From Armatimonadota bacterium (lineage in GTDB: Bacteria; Armatimonadota; Zipacnadia; Zipacnadales; FEN-943): 40,581 nucleotides of DNA. Below, in pieces: positions 25,776 through 34,833 of the stretch. The position numbers were made by a program, and so were the translations under genes. A model generated the notes under the pieces. It did not search any database. It was not told the DNA's origin and saw only the letters and a program-made list of their open reading frames with translations. The DNA lies in the NCBI GenBank assembly GCA_003170595.1, contig PMZA01000413.1, forward strand, positions 1 through 40,581, read 5' to 3'. Position 1 is the stretch's first letter. Each line of letters opens with the position of its first letter.

Positions 25776-28634
25776 CTAGCGATCCTCCACGGCGAAGAGG
25801 CGTGTCTGCCCGGCGGCGAAGGGGCAGGTGAAGCGTGCGCCCTCCGCGGTCCAGCCGTCGAAGAGATCGCGGACGCGAACGGCCTTCGGGAACGATAGCT
25901 CGTAGTCGCCGGCGATGGCGGCGGTCATGGCGACGAGGCCCCGGGAGGCGTGGACGACGAAGTTGATGGGGGCGTATATGTGGACGCCAGCCTGCTCCAT
26001 CCATGCGCGCGTCTTCACTGGATCCAGTGGCGGCGCGCCGAACCAGAGGAGCCGGCCGCCGTTAGGCAGGGCGCGGTCGAGGGTCGCAGTGGCATCGCCG
26101 GCTGCGTCGGGCAGCGGAAGGCCCAATAGCGTCGCGGGCGCGTCAGGGTTCGACTTCTGGGCCACCGGATCGATGGCCCCGGGCCTGCCTAGCACGACCA
26201 CCGTCCGCCCGCCTTTCTGAAGCAGGCGACTCAGCTTCGCGACGTCGTCCGGCAGCGCCGCCGTGGCCTCGGCGATGACAACGAGCTTGATGCGGTCGGG
26301 CAGCTTGTCGAGGTCGCGCAGATACCACACGCCCACCGGCGCCCCTGTCCGCCCGAGGGCAAGGAGCATGCGGATGTTCGTCGCGTTGGGGCGCTTCGTC
26401 TCCGGCGGGAACCAGGCGAAGGAGGTGTCGTCCACCACGAAGGCCGTCTCCTCGATGGGCGAGCGGTCGTAGGTGGGCGCTGTGGACTGCAGCTTCATCT
26501 GGCGGCCAAGCTCATCCATCAGGGCGGCGTCGTGATGCCAACTGGAGAACAGCGAGAACCAGTGTGCGTCGACCCCGTAGACCATGTCTTCGGCCAGGCA
26601 GCGGCGGTGCATCGAGATGTCCGCGCCCCGCGGGTCGGCCGGGTCGTAGAGAGTGTGCCAGATCGTGTTGTGCAGCCACGAGAACAGGTCGTCCTCGTTC
26701 ACATACAGTTTGCCGGCGCGGAGGATGCTCTGGGTCGTCGCGCCGAGGATATCGCCGCCGTTGGTCAGGTCGCGGGAGTAGAACAGTGGCACCCCGGCGA
26801 GGAAGTCCACGTTCGGGCTGTCGAGGACGCGGCGGAAGCCGAACTGGCCGGAGGTGTGCTGGCGGGGCTCACCGGCGAGCTGGATGAGATAGGCGTAGAA
26901 GACGCCGACGAGGCTGCGGCCGCCCGTGGCATCCTTGATGACCTTGCCGAAGTAGTCGATGGTGTCGGCGGAGAGGTCTGACGAGTACTGGGCATAGGCG
27001 GCGGACTGCTTGCCGGCGTCGTCGGCCGGGTAGTAGTCGGCGCCCGGGCGCTGCTGGACCTCGGGGTCGGGGATCTTCCGCCAGGGATAGCCGCGCGCCT
27101 CACACCACTTGGCGAAGCCGGCCTCATTGACCGGCGAGTAGTCGGCGTAGAAGCCGTCGTTGGAGGCCCAGGTGAACCACTCCTCGGTGACCTCGCAGGT
27201 GGGCATGTAGCCAATCACGCGCGAGGCCCAGGGCTGGTGGGCGCAGTGGTCGATGAGAGCGCGGAGGCATACCGCCTGCTGCTTGCGCCACTCGTCCGAG
27301 GCCAGGGACGCCGCGAGGGTGCCGGTCTCCTCCCAGGCGATGTCTCCTTGAGGTGTGCGAACCTTGACGATGGCGTCGGGGTGCTGCTGAAGCCAGAAGA
27401 GCGGGAGAGCCAGCGACGCGCGGAGGATGAGCCAGGCGTTGGGATTGGCCTGAAGGGACATGCAGACGCGCTCGTCGACCTCGGAGAAGTCGTAGCGGTC
27501 GGGGGCGACCCAGGTGGGCGCGGAGACCTGGTGGATGTGCCGGCCCGCCGCCACCGGGACGACGAAGAGGTTGGCGCCAGCGCGGCCGAAGTCGCTGACA
27601 TTGCCGGGCGAGTAATCGTAGGACGAGTAGCCGCTCCAGGTCAGAGGCTTGCCGTTGACGAAGGCGGTGGGGCGGCCGTGATAGTCGCGGCGCTGGGTGA
27701 CCGGGAAGCCGGGGCGGGACGGGTTGGCGACGATGATCGACGGTTCCGGGCCGGCGGCGCGATAGCCATCGACCACGAGGCCGACGGTCAGCTTGCGGTC
27801 GGGCAGATACCAGGGCGTCGAGGCGCGGACCTCGCAACGACCGGTGGAGGAGAGGGACTGGCGCTGGTCTGCGTCGAGACGAAGGCGCCAGAGGATGTGG
27901 GGATCATCGCGGACCTCGAGGTCGACGACGGCATCGGCGCGGACGCCCGTCGCCTCGATGGCGAAGGTCGCGTCGGCGCCTGGGGTGAGGCGCTTGGGCG
28001 CGGTCAGGGAGGCCACCTTCACGCCCGGGGCGTCGGGGTAGAAGACCGTCCACTCACGCAGGTCGAGGCGGTACTCAACCCCGGCCTCGGGGCCGACGGA
28101 ATGGAAGTTGACGCTCAGCGGCGGGACGGGCTTTTGCCCCGGGACGGCCTTGTCGGCGCCGAGCCCGGTCAGGTCGAAGCGGACGATCCGCTCCTGCCCC
28201 GGGGGCACCGGCGCATCGCCGAGGACCGACCAGTTGAAGTACTGATGGGAGGCGTCGGGCGACCAGGGAATCTCCGGCGTCGACATGGCGAAGGTCGCCG
28301 GCTTGTCGCCCTCGTTGAAGACTCGCACGGTCACCGCCGAGGGCAGGTGACGGAAGGCGCTGGAGAAGCAGAGGACGGCGCCCTTGCCTGGCCGGCAGGT
28401 GAAACGCCAGCGGGCCCAGGGCTGGCCGTCGCGCGTGACGGCGCGGAGTTCGTCAAGCTCATAGTCGGCCAGGCGCTGGACCGGGTTGCCTGGCGGCTGG
28501 ACGCCGGTGACGGTCTCGAAGGACTGCCACCGGTCGACCTGCGGGCGGGAGAAGGCGTCGTCGGGATAAGTCGCGTTGTCGGCGGCCGGCGGCGCGCCAA
28601 GAACGATGATCGCGGTGAGAAGGATGCCTGTCAT
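25776..28634 (-). CDS. Large secreted hypothetical protein, possibly with a GH42/GH35-like fold (TIM barrel plus GATase-like domain) (952 aa)
   Basis: The ATG at 28634 gives MTGILLTAIIVLGAPPAADN; the ORF start at 28661 is a TTG. The middle region EEWFTWASNDGFYADYSPVNEAGFAKWCEARGY, and the later IKLVVIAEATAALPDD...TVVVLGRPG, resemble the beta-galactosidase A and B domains. The family call is weak. Confidence 0.55.
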   Translation of the reverse strand: MTGILLTAIIVLGAPPAADNATYPDDAFSRPQVDRWQSFETVTGVQPPGNPVQRLADYELDELRAVTRDGQPWARWRFTCRPGKGAVLCFSSAFRHLPSAVTVRVFNEGDKPATFAMSTPEIPWSPDASHQYFNWSVLGDAPVPPGQERIVRFDLTGLGADKAVPGQKPVPPLSVNFHSVGPEAGVEYRLDLREWTVFYPDAPGVKVASLTAPKRLTPGADATFAIEATGVRADAVVDLEVRDDPHILWRLRLDADQRQSLSSTGRCEVRASTPWYLPDRKLTVGLVVDGYRAAGPEPSIIVANPSRPGFPVTQRRDYHGRPTAFVNGKPLTWSGYSSYDYSPGNVSDFGRAGANLFVVPVAAGRHIHQVSAPTWVAPDRYDFSEVDERVCMSLQANPNAWLILRASLALPLFWLQQHPDAIVKVRTPQGDIAWEETGTLAASLASDEWRKQQAVCLRALIDHCAHQPWASRVIGYMPTCEVTEEWFTWASNDGFYADYSPVNEAGFAKWCEARGYPWRKIPDPEVQQRPGADYYPADDAGKQSAAYAQYSSDLSADTIDYFGKVIKDATGGRSLVGVFYAYLIQLAGEPRQHTSGQFGFRRVLDSPNVDFLAGVPLFYSRDLTNGGDILGATTQSILRAGKLYVNEDDLFSWLHNTIWHTLYDPADPRGADISMHRRCLAEDMVYGVDAHWFSLFSSWHHDAALMDELGRQMKLQSTAPTYDRSPIEETAFVVDDTSFAWFPPETKRPNATNIRMLLALGRTGAPVGVWYLRDLDKLPDRIKLVVIAEATAALPDDVAKLSRLLQKGGRTVVVLGRPGAIDPVAQKSNPDAPATLLGLPLPDAAGDATATLDRALPNGGRLLWFGAPPLDPVKTRAWMEQAGVHIYAPINFVVHASRGLVAMTAAIAGDYELSFPKAVRVRDLFDGWTAEGARFTCPFAAGQTRLFAVEDR

Positions 28635-28722
28635 GGATGACACCTCGTGCTGCTCCGGCAAGGCTCTTGAAACGTCTTAAGGGCGGCTGGTTCCCGCAAT
28701 CCCCACCACGAACCTCCCCGAT

Positions 28723-30825
28723 CTACGGCGCGCGCTTCAGACCTTCCCACTTCACCGTCCAGCTTCCATCGTGTGGGAAGCCGGGAGCCGGTCCATCGGG
28801 GCAGCCGTCCCAGCCCGCGGCCATCATCGCGACGGCATACAGCAGCCCGCCGTTGCCGGGCAGGTAGGGGCAGGGGCCGCCGGTGTTCACGCCACGCTGG
28901 TCGTACTGGTTGCGCGGGCTGTCCTTGAGCAGGGCCTCGACGGCGATCTGGGGCTCGCCGGTTCGTGCCGCGGCCATGGCCATCCACGGGAAGTCCCAGC
29001 CCCAGCAGCGGTTCCAGTCCCACGTCTCCCAGACCTTGCGAACCGTGCGATGGGCGGTCTCTGCGTCGACGCCATCGATCGGCGGCAGCATCCCGAGGAC
29101 GCCGATGGGATCGGGATGCTCCCAGGCGCGAGCCGTATAGGTGTCGAGCCATTCCGGCGAGTGAACGAAGACGCCGTCGTGCACCGGGAGGGGGGCGAGA
29201 TGGCGGCGGACGTCGTCCCAGTGGGGCTCGCGCGGGAGGCCCCTTCGCTGGCGCCAGACCTGCGCTTCATCGAGGCCCCAGCGCCAGTAGGCGAGGTCGA
29301 AGACGGTGTCGCGCGTGATGCCGATCTCGCTGGGAGGCATGTCGGGCCAGAGCGAATAGACGCCGGTCGCCGGGTCGAGGGTGGGGTAGTCGGCCATGTG
29401 CTCGGCGGTGCCAGAGACGATGTCCGCCCACTTGTCGAGGGTGGCGCGAGTGGGATGCAGGCGGTAATCCAACTCGGCGAAGAAGAGCGGGTGCGGCTCC
29501 TTCCAGAGGAGGACCTGATTGCCCTCCCACGGGGCGGTGCGGCCCTCCGGCCCGACCATCTTCTGCCATTTCAGCCCCTTGTACCCGAGCTGCTCAGCGA
29601 GCGCACGAGCTCCGGGCGCGAAGCGGTGATAGCAGCCGAGGGCCTTGTCCGCGAGGGGCCACCGATCCCAGAGCGCGTAGTGGGCGAGATGCCACCAGAC
29701 CATCTCCATGTGGAACTGCGTGCGCCAGGGGTCGAGGCCCATGAGCCCGGTCTCCGCCGAGGGGAAGCTGCCCGCAGACTGGGCGGCCATCAGGTACTGC
29801 GAGAGGACGATGCGCCGCTCCAGTTCGCGCCAGCGAGGGTCGGCGCTAGCGGAAAGATCGACCGCGCCGCCCGTGCTCCAGAAGCGTCGCCAGTGGTCGG
29901 CGGTCTGCTGGAGGGAGGCGCTGACCGTGGGAAGATCGGCGGGAATCTTCGTCGGCGAGAAGGCGAGAACGAACTCGAGGCGGTTCGTGCCGGCTGCCGA
30001 GAGAAGGAAGAGATGGGGCGAGGTGAGGCTGGGGACCGTTGACCTCTTGCCGCCGGGGGACCATGCGAGGGCGGCATGATAGGTGGTGGCGTCGACCGTG
30101 CGCAGGAAGTCGGCGCGCCTCTCGCCTATCATCGTGATCTCGGTCTTGTGGGCGTCGACGCGATCGAAGTCGCCAACCCAGGCGTCGTTGCGCAGGGATG
30201 GATAGGGGAAGTCCAGCGCGACCATCAGATCGCCGCGGGCGAGGAGGGGAGACTCGATGCGGACGGATACGGCGTCGAGCGAGGGATGGACGCAGGTGGT
30301 GACGGTGACCGGTTCGCCGCCGATCTGGTAGCGCGAAGTCTGCACGCCCGACCACAAGTCCAGCATGCGCGAGAGGCCGGTGATCTGGGATGCGTCGAGG
30401 GGGGCGCCGTTGGCCCGGCAGAGGCGGAGGCGGGCGAGGTTCATCGCGTGCGGATTGTCGAACATCCACGTGCGGATTGCGGCGGTATCGGGCGGAAAGA
30501 CATCGGGTCCCTGGTTGCGGCCGTGCTGGAAGGTGCCCGTCGAGGGAACGCGGTCGGGGGTCCAGCCGGCCGGGAGGGGGAAGGAATGCCAGGCCCAGTG
30601 CGACATGGTGTTGCCGCCGAAGGTCTGGAGCCCGGTGCCGTCCGCGTTGAAGCAGAACTCGCCGTTGCCCAGGGGGATCTGGCCGTTCAGGTCATCCCAG
30701 GCGATGTTGTGGCGCATCACGAGGGCGTGACGGTCGATGGACTTCGATGGCGACCCGGCGGCGGTCAGCGCGGCCAGAGGCACCAAGAGCAGAGCGGCGA
30801 CGATGGGCACAAGCGTATGACTCAC
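28723..30825 (-). CDS. Secreted hypothetical protein, probable (alpha/alpha)6 six-hairpin glycosidase (700 aa)
   Basis: GTG start at 30825, with GGAGGA about 8 nt upstream. Signal peptide: VPIVAALLLVPLAALTAAG. The N-terminus RHALVMRHNIAWDDLNGQIPLGNGEFCFNADGTGLQTF, and the Trp-rich helical C-terminal half (WWHLAHYALWDRW, NRCWGWDFPWMAMAAA), suggest a beta-sandwich plus six-hairpin architecture. Confidence 0.55.
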   Translation of the reverse strand: MSHTLVPIVAALLLVPLAALTAAGSPSKSIDRHALVMRHNIAWDDLNGQIPLGNGEFCFNADGTGLQTFGGNTMSHWAWHSFPLPAGWTPDRVPSTGTFQHGRNQGPDVFPPDTAAIRTWMFDNPHAMNLARLRLCRANGAPLDASQITGLSRMLDLWSGVQTSRYQIGGEPVTVTTCVHPSLDAVSVRIESPLLARGDLMVALDFPYPSLRNDAWVGDFDRVDAHKTEITMIGERRADFLRTVDATTYHAALAWSPGGKRSTVPSLTSPHLFLLSAAGTNRLEFVLAFSPTKIPADLPTVSASLQQTADHWRRFWSTGGAVDLSASADPRWRELERRIVLSQYLMAAQSAGSFPSAETGLMGLDPWRTQFHMEMVWWHLAHYALWDRWPLADKALGCYHRFAPGARALAEQLGYKGLKWQKMVGPEGRTAPWEGNQVLLWKEPHPLFFAELDYRLHPTRATLDKWADIVSGTAEHMADYPTLDPATGVYSLWPDMPPSEIGITRDTVFDLAYWRWGLDEAQVWRQRRGLPREPHWDDVRRHLAPLPVHDGVFVHSPEWLDTYTARAWEHPDPIGVLGMLPPIDGVDAETAHRTVRKVWETWDWNRCWGWDFPWMAMAAARTGEPQIAVEALLKDSPRNQYDQRGVNTGGPCPYLPGNGGLLYAVAMMAAGWDGCPDGPAPGFPHDGSWTVKWEGLKRAP

Positions 30826-30978
30826 GGTTGGGTCCTCCGCGTTCTTCGGTCGGAGCCGACGTTTGCAGCGGCTTCAGGCGCCGAGTTCCGGCCAGAGCCT
30901 GTGTGACCTGCACGCCGGGAGCAGGCAGCGGCTATACTGGGCTTCAGATTGGACCTGCGTCCCTCGGAGGATCAGATC
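30826..30978. promoter_or_regulatory. Divergent intergenic region; contains a TATACT -10-like hexamer at 30933-30938 (+)
   Basis: 153-bp gap between divergent start codons. TATACT lies 41 nt upstream of the ATG at 30979. GGAGG at 30966-30970 is the probable RBS. Confidence 0.35.
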
Positions 30979-31665
30979 ATGGCACACGGAGTCCTGCTGG
31001 TACTCGGCGGTCTGCTGCTGGCTTCTGCGGCGGTGGCTTCGGTTGAGCCCATCCCCGCCTTCACGCCCAACGCGCGGATTCTCTTCCAGGGCGACTCGAT
31101 CACCGACGGCAATCGCGGGCGGACCACCGACCCCAACCACATCCTCGGGCACGGCTATGTCTTCATCATCGCCGCCAGGCAGGGGGCGGCCTTCCCCGAA
31201 CTCAAGCTCGACTTCATGAACCGCGGCGTCAGCGGGAATACCGTGCTCGATCTGGAGAAGCGGTGGAAAGAGGATGCGCTCGACCTCAAACCCGACGTGC
31301 TCAGCATCCTCATCGGCGTGAATGACACCTTCCGAGGCGTGCCGCTCGACCACTACGAGCAGGTCTACGACAGGCTGATCACCGAGGCCCAGGCGGCGAA
31401 CCCGCAGCTCAAGCTGGTCCTCTGCGAGCCGTTCCTGACGCAGAAGAACGGTCCGAACGAGGACATCGTCGCGCGGCAGAAGATCGTCGCCAGGCTTGCG
31501 CAGAAGCATGGGGCGGCGCTGGTCCGCTTCCAGCACATCTTCGATGAGGCCGAGAAGCGCGCGCCGGCCGACTACTGGATCTGGGACACCGTGCACCCGA
31601 CCTATCGTGGCCACCAGCTCATGGCCGACGAGTGGGAGCGGGTGGTGCGGGCGTTCTGGGGTTAG
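30979..31665 (+). CDS. SGNH/GDSL hydrolase (lipase/acylhydrolase-type esterase), secreted (228 aa)
   Basis: All four SGNH blocks are present: ILFQGDSITDG, NRGVSGNT, ILIGVNDT, WDTVHPT. Signal peptide: MAHGVLLVLGGLLLASAAVAS. The RBS GGAGG lies 8 nt upstream. Confidence 0.88.
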   Translation: MAHGVLLVLGGLLLASAAVASVEPIPAFTPNARILFQGDSITDGNRGRTTDPNHILGHGYVFIIAARQGAAFPELKLDFMNRGVSGNTVLDLEKRWKEDALDLKPDVLSILIGVNDTFRGVPLDHYEQVYDRLITEAQAANPQLKLVLCEPFLTQKNGPNEDIVARQKIVARLAQKHGAALVRFQHIFDEAEKRAPADYWIWDTVHPTYRGHQLMADEWERVVRAFWG

Positions 31666-31758
31666 GAAGCGGCTACGGATGGAGGTCGGGGCGGCTACGG
31701 CCGCGAAGGTAGTGCGGCAGTCCCGCCTGCGGAAAGACCCAGTCACGGAGGAAATCCC

Positions 31759-33606
31759 ATGCACACCTGCGAGCCGGCCTTGGTCATCCTGGCGCTTGTC
31801 GCCACCGCGTGTGTCTGCCACAGCGCCACAACACCCGCCGCGTGGTCGAACACCCTCAAACCGTCAGGCACGGCCGCCGGTCCGTTGACCCTCGCGAAGG
31901 ACGGCGCGACTAGCTACGTCATCGTGATCCCGGCGAAGCCGACTTCGCAGGACAACAAGGCGGCCGAAGACCTCGCGCTCTGGCTCGGGAAGATGACCGA
32001 CGCAACCTTCGCCATCGTGCCTGACTCAACATCGCCGCGGGATACCGAGATCAGCATCGGGCGGACCAATCGCCTGACCGACGCCAGGGTCCCCCAGGCC
32101 GGAGCCGACCTCGGCAACGAGGGCTACGCGATCGGAGTGGAGGGCCAACGCCTCTTCCTCCTCGGAGGGAAGAAGCGCGGGGCGATCAATGCCGTTTACG
32201 CGCTCCTCGAGGAAGACTTCGGCTGCCGGTGGTACTCGCAGAGCTACACCAAGATCCCCCATCGCAGCGTCCTCCGGTTCGGGCCGGTGCCGCGGAGCTA
32301 CGTGCCGAGGCTGATGATCCGCGACCCGTTCTACCACGACGCCTTCGACGCCACCTGGTCGCTACACAACCGCACCAACGCGCCCAACGCCGCCGTGCCC
32401 GAGGAGTGGGGCGGACACGTGGACTACGATGGACTGTTCGTGCACACCTCCAACACGCTTGTGCCGCCCGACCAGTACTTCGCTAAGCACCCGGAGTACT
32501 ACATGATGAGCGGGGGCAAGCGCAGCCCTCAACAGCTATGCCTGACCAACCCCGACGTCGTCCGCATCGCCACCGAAAACCTCCTGCGCATCCTCAAGGA
32601 CAACCCGAACACGGAGATCGTGTCGGTCTCGCCCAACGATGGCGGCGGGCACTGCACCTGCCCGAACTGCAGGGCCATCGACGACGCCAACGGCAGCCCT
32701 TCCGGGACGCTGATCACCTTCCTGAACCAGATCGCGGAGGCGGTCGAGAAGGTGAGGCCGGAGGTCATGATCTCCACACTCGCCTACCTCGATACGATCG
32801 ACCCGCCGAAGATCGTTAGGCCGCGGCACAACGTCGCGATCCAACTGTGCAACGACCTGCACTCGTGGCGCTATCCCTTCACCTGCTTCGCCACCGACAC
32901 GAAGCCCGAGAGCAAGCGCTACCGGAACGCCATCATCGGGTGGGCGAAGATCACGAAGAACATCGACATCTGGGACTACTTCGTCAACTTCAGCCACTAC
33001 CTCGCGCCCATGCCGAACATGGACATCCTGCAGCCGACGGTGGACTTCTACGTCGCGCACAACTGCGCCGGCGTCATGATGCAGGCGGCCTACCAGGGCT
33101 TCGGGGGCGAGTTCGCGCCCCTAAGGTCGTGGGTGATGGCGAAGCTGCTCTGGGATCCGTCGCGACGAGTCGACACGCTGGTGGACGACTTCATCGGAGG
33201 CTACTACGGCACGGCGGCTGATGACGTGAGGGCCTACTGGAAGCTGCTCTATGCGACGAAGGCCAAGCATATGAACACGATGGCGGCGCCGCCGGAGGGC
33301 ATCCGCTACTCGATGACCTCGCCGTTCCTGTCGAAGGAATTCCTCGACCAGGCGACGGCGATCTTCGCGCACGCGGTGAGGCAGTGCGACTCGGAGGAGC
33401 TTCGGGATCGCGTGGAGCTTGCGGGGCTGCCGATCATGTACGTGAAGCTCATGCAGGGGCCGAGCGTGTGGGGCGATGGGTACAAGGCCATGATCGATGA
33501 CTTCGAGAGGATCGCGCGGCGGGAGCACATCGACTTCCTGCGCGAGGGCGGGCCCGATCTCGACGAAAAGCTGCAGGCGTGGCGGGCGAGCGTGCAGGCG
33601 AAGTAA
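31759..33606 (+). CDS. DUF4838-type (GH20-like) secreted protein (615 aa)
   Basis: RBS GGAGGA lies 6 nt upstream. The N-terminus is hydrophobic. LTLAKDGATSYVIVIPAKPTSQDNKAAEDLALWLGKMTDATF and GGGHCTCPNCRAID (a C-x-C-x-x-C motif) match my recollection of DUF4838 proteins. Confidence 0.7.
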   Translation: MHTCEPALVILALVATACVCHSATTPAAWSNTLKPSGTAAGPLTLAKDGATSYVIVIPAKPTSQDNKAAEDLALWLGKMTDATFAIVPDSTSPRDTEISIGRTNRLTDARVPQAGADLGNEGYAIGVEGQRLFLLGGKKRGAINAVYALLEEDFGCRWYSQSYTKIPHRSVLRFGPVPRSYVPRLMIRDPFYHDAFDATWSLHNRTNAPNAAVPEEWGGHVDYDGLFVHTSNTLVPPDQYFAKHPEYYMMSGGKRSPQQLCLTNPDVVRIATENLLRILKDNPNTEIVSVSPNDGGGHCTCPNCRAIDDANGSPSGTLITFLNQIAEAVEKVRPEVMISTLAYLDTIDPPKIVRPRHNVAIQLCNDLHSWRYPFTCFATDTKPESKRYRNAIIGWAKITKNIDIWDYFVNFSHYLAPMPNMDILQPTVDFYVAHNCAGVMMQAAYQGFGGEFAPLRSWVMAKLLWDPSRRVDTLVDDFIGGYYGTAADDVRAYWKLLYATKAKHMNTMAAPPEGIRYSMTSPFLSKEFLDQATAIFAHAVRQCDSEELRDRVELAGLPIMYVKLMQGPSVWGDGYKAMIDDFERIARREHIDFLREGGPDLDEKLQAWRASVQAK

Positions 33607-33612
33607 GGCTTC

Positions 33613-34833
33613 TCAGCGGGGCGAGGCAATCGGGCGCGGGTAGAGGATTGTCGCGGCGAAGGTCGCTTCGTCGCCGGCGTCCTGCACGCCGATGCCGAAC
33701 CAGAAGCGGCCGTCCCAGTCGGGCGGCGCCCACTTGCGCAGGTCGAGGCCGATGAGGTTCCCCAGGGGCAGGTCGTCATGAACCTGCTCCCAGTTCACCT
33801 CCAGCGTGCGGCTCGGGCGGGCGAGGTCCATCTGCCACGCCGGGGCGCGACGCTCGCAGCGGCGGTCGGGATGCTCGGGGCGCATGGGCGGGTGGTGGAG
33901 GAAGACGCGGCGAGCGTAGCCGCGCGGTGTGTGATAGTCGAGCACGATCCCCACGAAGCGATTGTTCTCCATCTCACCGTAGGCCGCCCACGGATGGTAG
34001 GTGTCGAACTCGGCGCGTAGCCAGAGGGTGTCGGCGCCGCAGGCCTCGAAGCCGGCGAAGGCGTAGCCGAGCCCCTGGCCGGTGCGGTTCATGCGCGTCT
34101 CGAGGCGGAGGGTGGCGGGGTCGAAGCGGGCCATCCCGCCCGGTGCGCCGCGATAGACCTCCTGGTCCCACGTGAAGATCGTGAAGTCGGAAGGGTAACT
34201 AGCGACGGGCAGAGTGGGAGGCGGCGGCGGCGGTTCGGGCGGGGCGTCGGGGAGGATGACGTCGAACTCAAAGCCCGCCCAACTGTGGAAGCCGTAGCAG
34301 AAGGGATGGCCGAAGAGGGCGGGCTCAGCCCAGGGGCCGGCCTGACCGTACTCGAAGTATCCGCCGGTGAAATCGTACTGGTCGGTCTTCAGCGGCCCCG
34401 ACTTCTCGGCGTCGAAGATGTAGCGGCGGCAGTCCTGGCCGAGGCGGAAGCGCTCGGTGAGATCGGCGACCAGGGCCGGGGCGGTCGAGCCATCGAGCGG
34501 GCCGGTGACCACGCGCGGCCGTCCCCAGAACAGGAAGCAGGCGTTGGAGAAGGCATAGGAGGCGATGGTCTGCAGGCGGATCTTAAGGGCCTGGCCGGCG
34601 AAGCGGCGGAGGTTGACGGCCTGGGGGAGCCACACGCCGGACTCGGCCCCCCAGACCGCGCGGTAGACGATCTCGCGGGTGGCGCCGTGCTTGATCGCGA
34701 TGACGAAGTTGCCGCCCTGGTTGTCGGGGGCGTAGATCGACTTGGCGATGTCGAAGACCAGCCATGGGCCGGAGTCATGCGCGGGCGGGGCTGCGGTCAG
34801 CAAGGCCAGGCAGAGCGGTAAGGCGGCCGTCAT
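33613..34833 (-). CDS. Secreted hypothetical two-domain protein with a poly-Pro linker (406 aa)
   Basis: The ATG at 34833 overlaps the upstream stop codon (ATGA at 34830-34833). Signal peptide: MTAALPLCLALLTAAPPA. The linker PPEPPPPPPT is encoded by the (GGC)n run at 34220-34233. No family recognised. Confidence 0.6.
   Translation of the reverse strand: MTAALPLCLALLTAAPPAHDSGPWLVFDIAKSIYAPDNQGGNFVIAIKHGATREIVYRAVWGAESGVWLPQAVNLRRFAGQALKIRLQTIASYAFSNACFLFWGRPRVVTGPLDGSTAPALVADLTERFRLGQDCRRYIFDAEKSGPLKTDQYDFTGGYFEYGQAGPWAEPALFGHPFCYGFHSWAGFEFDVILPDAPPEPPPPPPTLPVASYPSDFTIFTWDQEVYRGAPGGMARFDPATLRLETRMNRTGQGLGYAFAGFEACGADTLWLRAEFDTYHPWAAYGEMENNRFVGIVLDYHTPRGYARRVFLHHPPMRPEHPDRRCERRAPAWQMDLARPSRTLEVNWEQVHDDLPLGNLIGLDLRKWAPPDWDGRFWFGIGVQDAGDEATFAATILYPRPIASPR

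Noticed and set aside
34220-34233. A (GGC)n trinucleotide run.
   Set aside because: It is in frame and encodes the poly-Pro interdomain linker of the 33613..34833 protein. It is too short and solitary to be a repeat element or a phase-variation tract of note.
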